A stretch of 64,000 bases of DNA from Mobula hypostoma (Eukaryota), in NCBI RefSeq assembly GCF_963921235.1, contig NC_086104.1:90396001-90460000 (forward strand), read 5' to 3'. Below the pieces are notes generated by a model, which saw nothing but the letters and a program-made list of their open reading frames with translations, was not told where the DNA came from and made no database searches. The position numbers were made by a program, and so were the translations under genes. Shown piece by piece: positions 62,930 to 64,000 of this stretch (position 1 is the stretch's first letter; the number at the start of each line of letters is the position of its first letter).

Positions 62930-63700
62930 TCCCATAACACACTGTCACATTTAAACATTCACTCTCCCATGACACTGTCACATTTGCCTCCTTGGCAGAA
63001 AGTCATTCACACATTCTCTGGCCCATGAAGCACTGTCACGTTCACACCTTCTCTTTTCCTGGCGACCCTGACAGATTCACACATTCTCTCCTCCAACAGA
63101 CCATCACATTTACACATTGTATACATTGTCTCCTCCACAGCATAGTATCACGTCTATGTCATTGTTTCCAGAAGAAATAACCACATTAATCTTCTTTTCC
63201 CCCATTGAATAATGATACATTTTTACAGAAATCTTGTCACATTGCCCCTTGGATTTAATGTCACATTTACATGTTATCTCTCACACAAGATACTTGCTGA
63301 TTTGCATACTTTCTCCTGGGATAGGTGCTCACATTTATGTATTACCTCTCCAAGGAGACAATGTCAGATTTCAGCATTCTTCCCACCCCACCCCCTCCCT
63401 GTAACTACGGTCCCTTTGAGAGCCCTCTCTCAGGAGGGGCTGACACATAGGCATATTATCAATTAGAGTTACTGTCACACAGGCCAGCTATCTTCACAAT
63501 TGTACGTTACCTCACTTCAGAGAGAATGTCACATTTGCAACCCCCCTCTTTCTCTCTGAAATTGTATGTCACATTTGCACAGTATCTCCCCTTGGAGACT
63601 TGGTCACAGTCATGCATAGAATTTCCCTGGCAAAACAGTCGCATTCTGTGTTACCTGAATCAGTGGCACTGTTCATATATTGTGTCTGGAGGTACTGCAG
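62930..63700. repeat. Degenerate ~35-bp minisatellite, same family as 55600-56290
   Basis: Recurrent tgtcacattt anchor with ctccc..gagac spacers. Confidence 0.7.
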
Positions 63701-64000
63701 CATTTTCATAAAATCTCAGGGTAAGATTTCCATGATTTGTTTCTGAGAGGGTTCAATAACATTTGAACACAAAGTTGCAAAAGGTTATGTTATATTTCCA
63801 GATTCTTTGGTTGGCATCAATTCCACATAATGAGTTTAGGACAGTTGGCACATCTCAGTAAAACTCGTAAAACAGGAGCAAAGTAATCCATTCATGTGCT
63901 TGGACCTGTTCCTCCTTTCAATATCATCATAGCAGACCATCCTCTTTACAACCTTGCTGTCTTCTCATATCCTTTATCCCCACCCCATCCCTCAGAATAT

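Overview
Eukaryotic genomic DNA, not prokaryotic. The repeat complement (CR1, Rex1-like, Penelope-derived, Deu/V/CORE-type SINEs, Tc1) points to a cartilaginous fish, probably a ray; this is an inference. The only host gene I can support is the 5' half of a SASH1-like (SAM/SH3 adaptor family) gene on the minus strand. Its CpG-island first coding exon is at 41061-41159, and five more exons lie at 9157-9285, 4812-4862, 4638-4687, 3087-3127 and 1637-1726. All have GT-AG boundaries and splice into one open frame of 153 codons plus 1 nt; the gene continues beyond position 1. None of these exons appears as such in the supplied ORF track. The rest is mostly transposable elements, often nested: CR1, Rex1-like, Vingi-like and Hero-like LINEs, Tc1 elements and mini-MITEs, a solo LTR, SINEs and a Penelope remnant. 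There are also degenerate minisatellites and one assembly gap (39162-39432). The most unusual signal is a family of 180-240 bp fold-back retroposons with 13-14 bp target-site duplications whose arms carry minimal hammerhead-ribozyme motifs. Also notable are composite elements bounded by 55-70 bp Tc1 mini-MITEs, a CR1 whose 3' part appears flipped in place, and a candidate alternative first exon about 7 kb upstream of the CpG promoter.
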